A program made the translations under genes and the position numbers. A stretch of 64,000 nucleotides of DNA from Macrostomum hystrix (Eukaryota; Animalia; Platyhelminthes), in NCBI GenBank assembly GCA_950097015.1, contig CATNEN010000001.1:20460001-20524000 (forward strand), in the 5' to 3' direction. This document shows positions 61,101 through 64,000 of the stretch, piece by piece. Position 1 is the stretch's first letter, and each line of letters starts with the position of its first letter. The notes under the pieces are model-generated. The model was not told where the DNA came from and did no database searches. It worked only from the letters and a program-made list of their open reading frames with translations.

Positions 61101-62604
61101 CTGGGTCATGCTAGATTATAAGATGTGGGTCAAGGGGTGTCTGGGTCAAGCTAGATTATTCTAAGATGTGGCTCAAGGGGTGGCTGGGTCAAGCTAGATT
61201 ATTCTAAGATGTGGGTCAAGGCGTGGCTGGGTCAAGCTAGATTCTAAGATGTGGGTCAAGGGGTGGCTGGGTCATGCTAGATTCTAAGATGTGGGTCAAG
61301 GCGTGGCTGGGTCAAGCTAGATTCTAAGATGTGGGTCAAGGGGTGGCTGGGTCAAGCTAGATTATTCTAAAATGTGGGTCAAGGGGTGGCTGGGTCAAGC
61401 TAGATTATTCTAAAATGTGGGTCCAGGGGTGGCTGGGTCAAGCTAGATTATTCTAAGATGTGGGTCAAGGCGTGGCTGGGTCAAGCTAGATTCTAAGATG
61501 TGGGTCAAGGCGTGGCTGGGTCAAGCTAGATTCTAAGATGTGGGTCAAGGGGTGGCTGGGTCAAGCTAGATTATTCTAAGATGTGGGTCAAGGCGTGGCT
61601 GGGTCAAGCTAGATTCTAAGATGTGGGTCAAGGGGTGGCTGGGTTAAGCTAGATTATTCTAAGATGTGGGTCAAGGGGTGGCTGGGTCAAGCTAGATTAT
61701 TCTAAAATGTGGGTCCAGGGGTGGCTGGGTCAAGCTAGATTATTCTAAGATGTGGGTCAAGGCGTGGCTGGGTCAAGCTAGATTCTAAGATGTGGGTCAA
61801 GGCGTGGCTGGGTCAAGCTAGATTCTAAGATGTGGGTCAAGGCGTGGCTGGGTCAAGCTAGATTCTAAGATGTGGGTCAAGGGGTGGCTGGGTCAAGCTA
61901 GATTATTCTAAGATGTGGGTCAAGGCGTGGCTGGGTCAAGCTAGATTCTAAGATGTGGGTCAAGGGGTGGCTGGGTCAAGCTAGATTATTCTAAGATGTG
62001 GGTCAAGGGGTGGCTGGGTCAAGCTAGATTATTCTAAGATGTGGGTCAAGGGGTGGCTGGGTCAAGCTAGATTATTCTAAGATGTGGGTCAAGGGGTGTC
62101 TGGGTCAAGCTAGATTCTCAGATTGCCAAGATTCTAAGGAAAAAAATGAATTGGCTAGAAGCGCACCTGTCTATTCTCCAATATATACTCTACCGCTGGT
62201 ATCCGGCTGCCAACTTGCTTAGAGGTGAGATTAGCAAACAGATGCTCGATAAATTTGGCGCTTTCAAAGTCGACCCGATCGATGCAGTCCAATAGCATTG
62301 GCAGGATTCCGGCACACTCCCTGCTGAATGCCTCCCTGGCGACATCAGTCAGGGCTTCGCCAATACGAGCCTTCTCAGCCAGCGCTTCGTGAGAAATTGT
62401 CTGCGAAGATGAGGAAGCGGATTCCTGACGATCTGTCAGCACCAGCTTCAAAGCTGCCAACGCCTTGGAGACGTCCTCGACGGCGCGTTTGATTTCTCGT
62501 TCAGATCGTAGCTCCGAGCCGCCATGAAGCAGTAGGCTGCGCAGGGAGGCGTGCAACTGCAGCACCAGGTCTCTGGGCGTTTTCTGGCGGCCAAATCTTA
62601 ACAT
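55191..62604 (-). CDS. CAB39: MO25 / calcium-binding protein 39 (LKB1-STRAD and STE20 kinase scaffold)
   Basis: Exons 62604-62167, 59829-59509, 57620-57477 and 55394-55191. Motifs [69 protein letters not shown] and [12 protein letters not shown]. Confidence 0.95.
55838..56300. repeat. 31/33-bp minisatellite TCTTATCTC(TC)CCCTGCCTTATCCTACATCCTC
   Basis: Direct reading. Confidence 0.95.
56680..57420. repeat. ~22-bp minisatellite AAATCTCATTCGAATCTACCTA
   Basis: Direct reading. Confidence 0.93.
57969..59450. repeat. 43-bp minisatellite ATGCAAGGATTACAAGATGAACGGATTGTAGGATTAACACACT
   Basis: About 34 near-identical copies. Confidence 0.98.
59888..62118. repeat. 40/43-bp minisatellite GGGTCAAGGSGTGGCTGGGTCAAGCTAGATT(ATT)CTAAGATGT
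   Basis: Fills about 95% of the first coding intron of MO25. Confidence 0.98.
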
Positions 62605-63652
62605 TATGGAATTGAATTGGTGACTTGACCTGGGGTATCAGCTCCTGAAATTATTTATCACTATACACTTTCAATCATTTGCTAGCTGGTAACTGAATCA
62701 GCAATGTCAAACACATTTCATCTTTTCACTTTCCGGTTAATGGCAAGAATTTAATAGCAAAAAATGTTGACTGACAAAAGGACTACCAACTTATAGATTA
62801 GAGAAAGTGCTCATCATTTAGTGCCTACTTGTATGTATTTGAATTTCTAACAATTTCAAAATTTTATGATGCAAGAAATATTTATTCTAAAAAGGCCTCA
62901 ATAATTTTGGCTAAGAGAAAACCAATAATTATGTGATGCTATTTAGATGTAAAATCATTACAAAACTTTTTGAATTATATATGCTGCCAAGCACTGCGTT
63001 TAAAATATGTCAGAATGCAAAATTCGTAAGTCTTAATAATGTAGTTAGAGCAGGAGCTACATCTAAGATAATTAGTGAATTAATTATTTGTCATTAAACA
63101 ATTGACTTTAGATATAACTAAACTCACTTTGCAGTTAGACTTATTAATTCAATATATATTTTATTAATAGTAGTGGTTAAAAGTAATTTATTAAAAAATT
63201 TCAAGTCAATTATATATATTAAGTAAATTGAAATACTAAATAAGTCAAAAGTTCGAAAAATATAATATAAAAGTATAAGGCAAAGAAATATTACTTTTTT
63301 AAACATATTTTATTTGAAATAGAAACTCAAATTCAGAAAAATGATTCTTTTATTTATGTTCAAATAATTGTTGTAGGGCTCTTATATATGTTTATCCTAC
63401 CCTATAGTGGTTATTTTCTGAATAGACTCCTATTTATTCCTTTTGAATTTGCATAAAAAACTGGACCTTTTTGATTATAAGTCTTTTAACAGTAGCATAT
63501 TATATTCAATATGGTTAGCATTTTATATAATGACTGAGTTTGGATATTTTTTATTTCATATAATTGAATGACTATATATTCTTATTAAGCTGGTTAGGCT
63601 GTTCAATTTATAATCTTACAGTCCACTTACTAGGCGTTACCAATGGTCTAAG

Positions 63653-64000
63653 GCAGGGGTCAGCAAACTCTGGCCCGTGGGCCAGATGCGGCCCTTGAAG
63701 CTCCCAAATCCAGCCTGTTGCCCCTTCTAACATCTACAGTGTCCTGTTTCATCTCTCCTGTGTCTAATCTCTCCTTTGTCTCATCTCTCCCGTGTCTAAT
63801 CTCTCCCATGTCTAATCTCTCCCCTGTCTAATCTCTCCCGTGTCTTATCTCTCCTGTGTCTCATCTCTCTTATGTATAATCTTTCTGTGTCTCATCTCTC
63901 CTGTGTCTAATCTCTCCCATGTCTCATCTCTCCCGTGTCTCATCTCTCCCCTATCTCATATTTATACAGTCAATGCGGCCCACTATCATCTTTTAGGTTT
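63653..64000. mobile_element. hAT-like MITE left end containing a 17-bp minisatellite; runs off the window
   Basis: Begins CAGGGGTCAGCAAACTCTGGCCCGTGGGCCAGATGCGGCCC, typical of hAT/Charlie-type termini. ATGCGGCCC recurs at 63973. Confidence 0.6.

Noticed and set aside
57969-62118. CRISPR-like regular arrays
   Set aside because: There are no unique spacers or cas genes. These are head-to-tail minisatellites in eukaryotic introns.

Overview
Eukaryotic (animal) genomic DNA with compact GC-rich exons and introns filled by intron-specific minisatellites. The style resembles the free-living flatworm Macrostomum, but this is an inference and not proven. Five spliced host genes are supported: the 3' part of a phospholipase C-beta (+, <1-10447); a complete RapGEF2/6 (PDZ-GEF) gene (-, 36418-12749); a selenoprotein L gene that the ORF track misses (+, 39799-41159); a GH20 beta-hexosaminidase with an unusual membrane-anchor-like C-terminal extension (-, 53436-46498); and MO25/CAB39 (-, 62604-55191). 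The standout is the selenoprotein L gene. It has five exons, two in-frame UGA codons forming a UxxU motif (LRHLA-U-HP-U-QQHV), a GC-AG intron, and a type II SECIS with a non-canonical UUGA core in the 3' UTR. The 10.4-kb RapGEF intron holds an antisense, intronless secreted LamG-like gene plus a decayed copy, a young internally rearranged Ty3/Gypsy LTR element and a probable non-autonomous Helitron. The window also contains Tc1 and mariner DNA transposons, two MITE-like elements, two tRNA-derived SINE families and about 30 tandem arrays. All exon boundaries and folds were read by hand.
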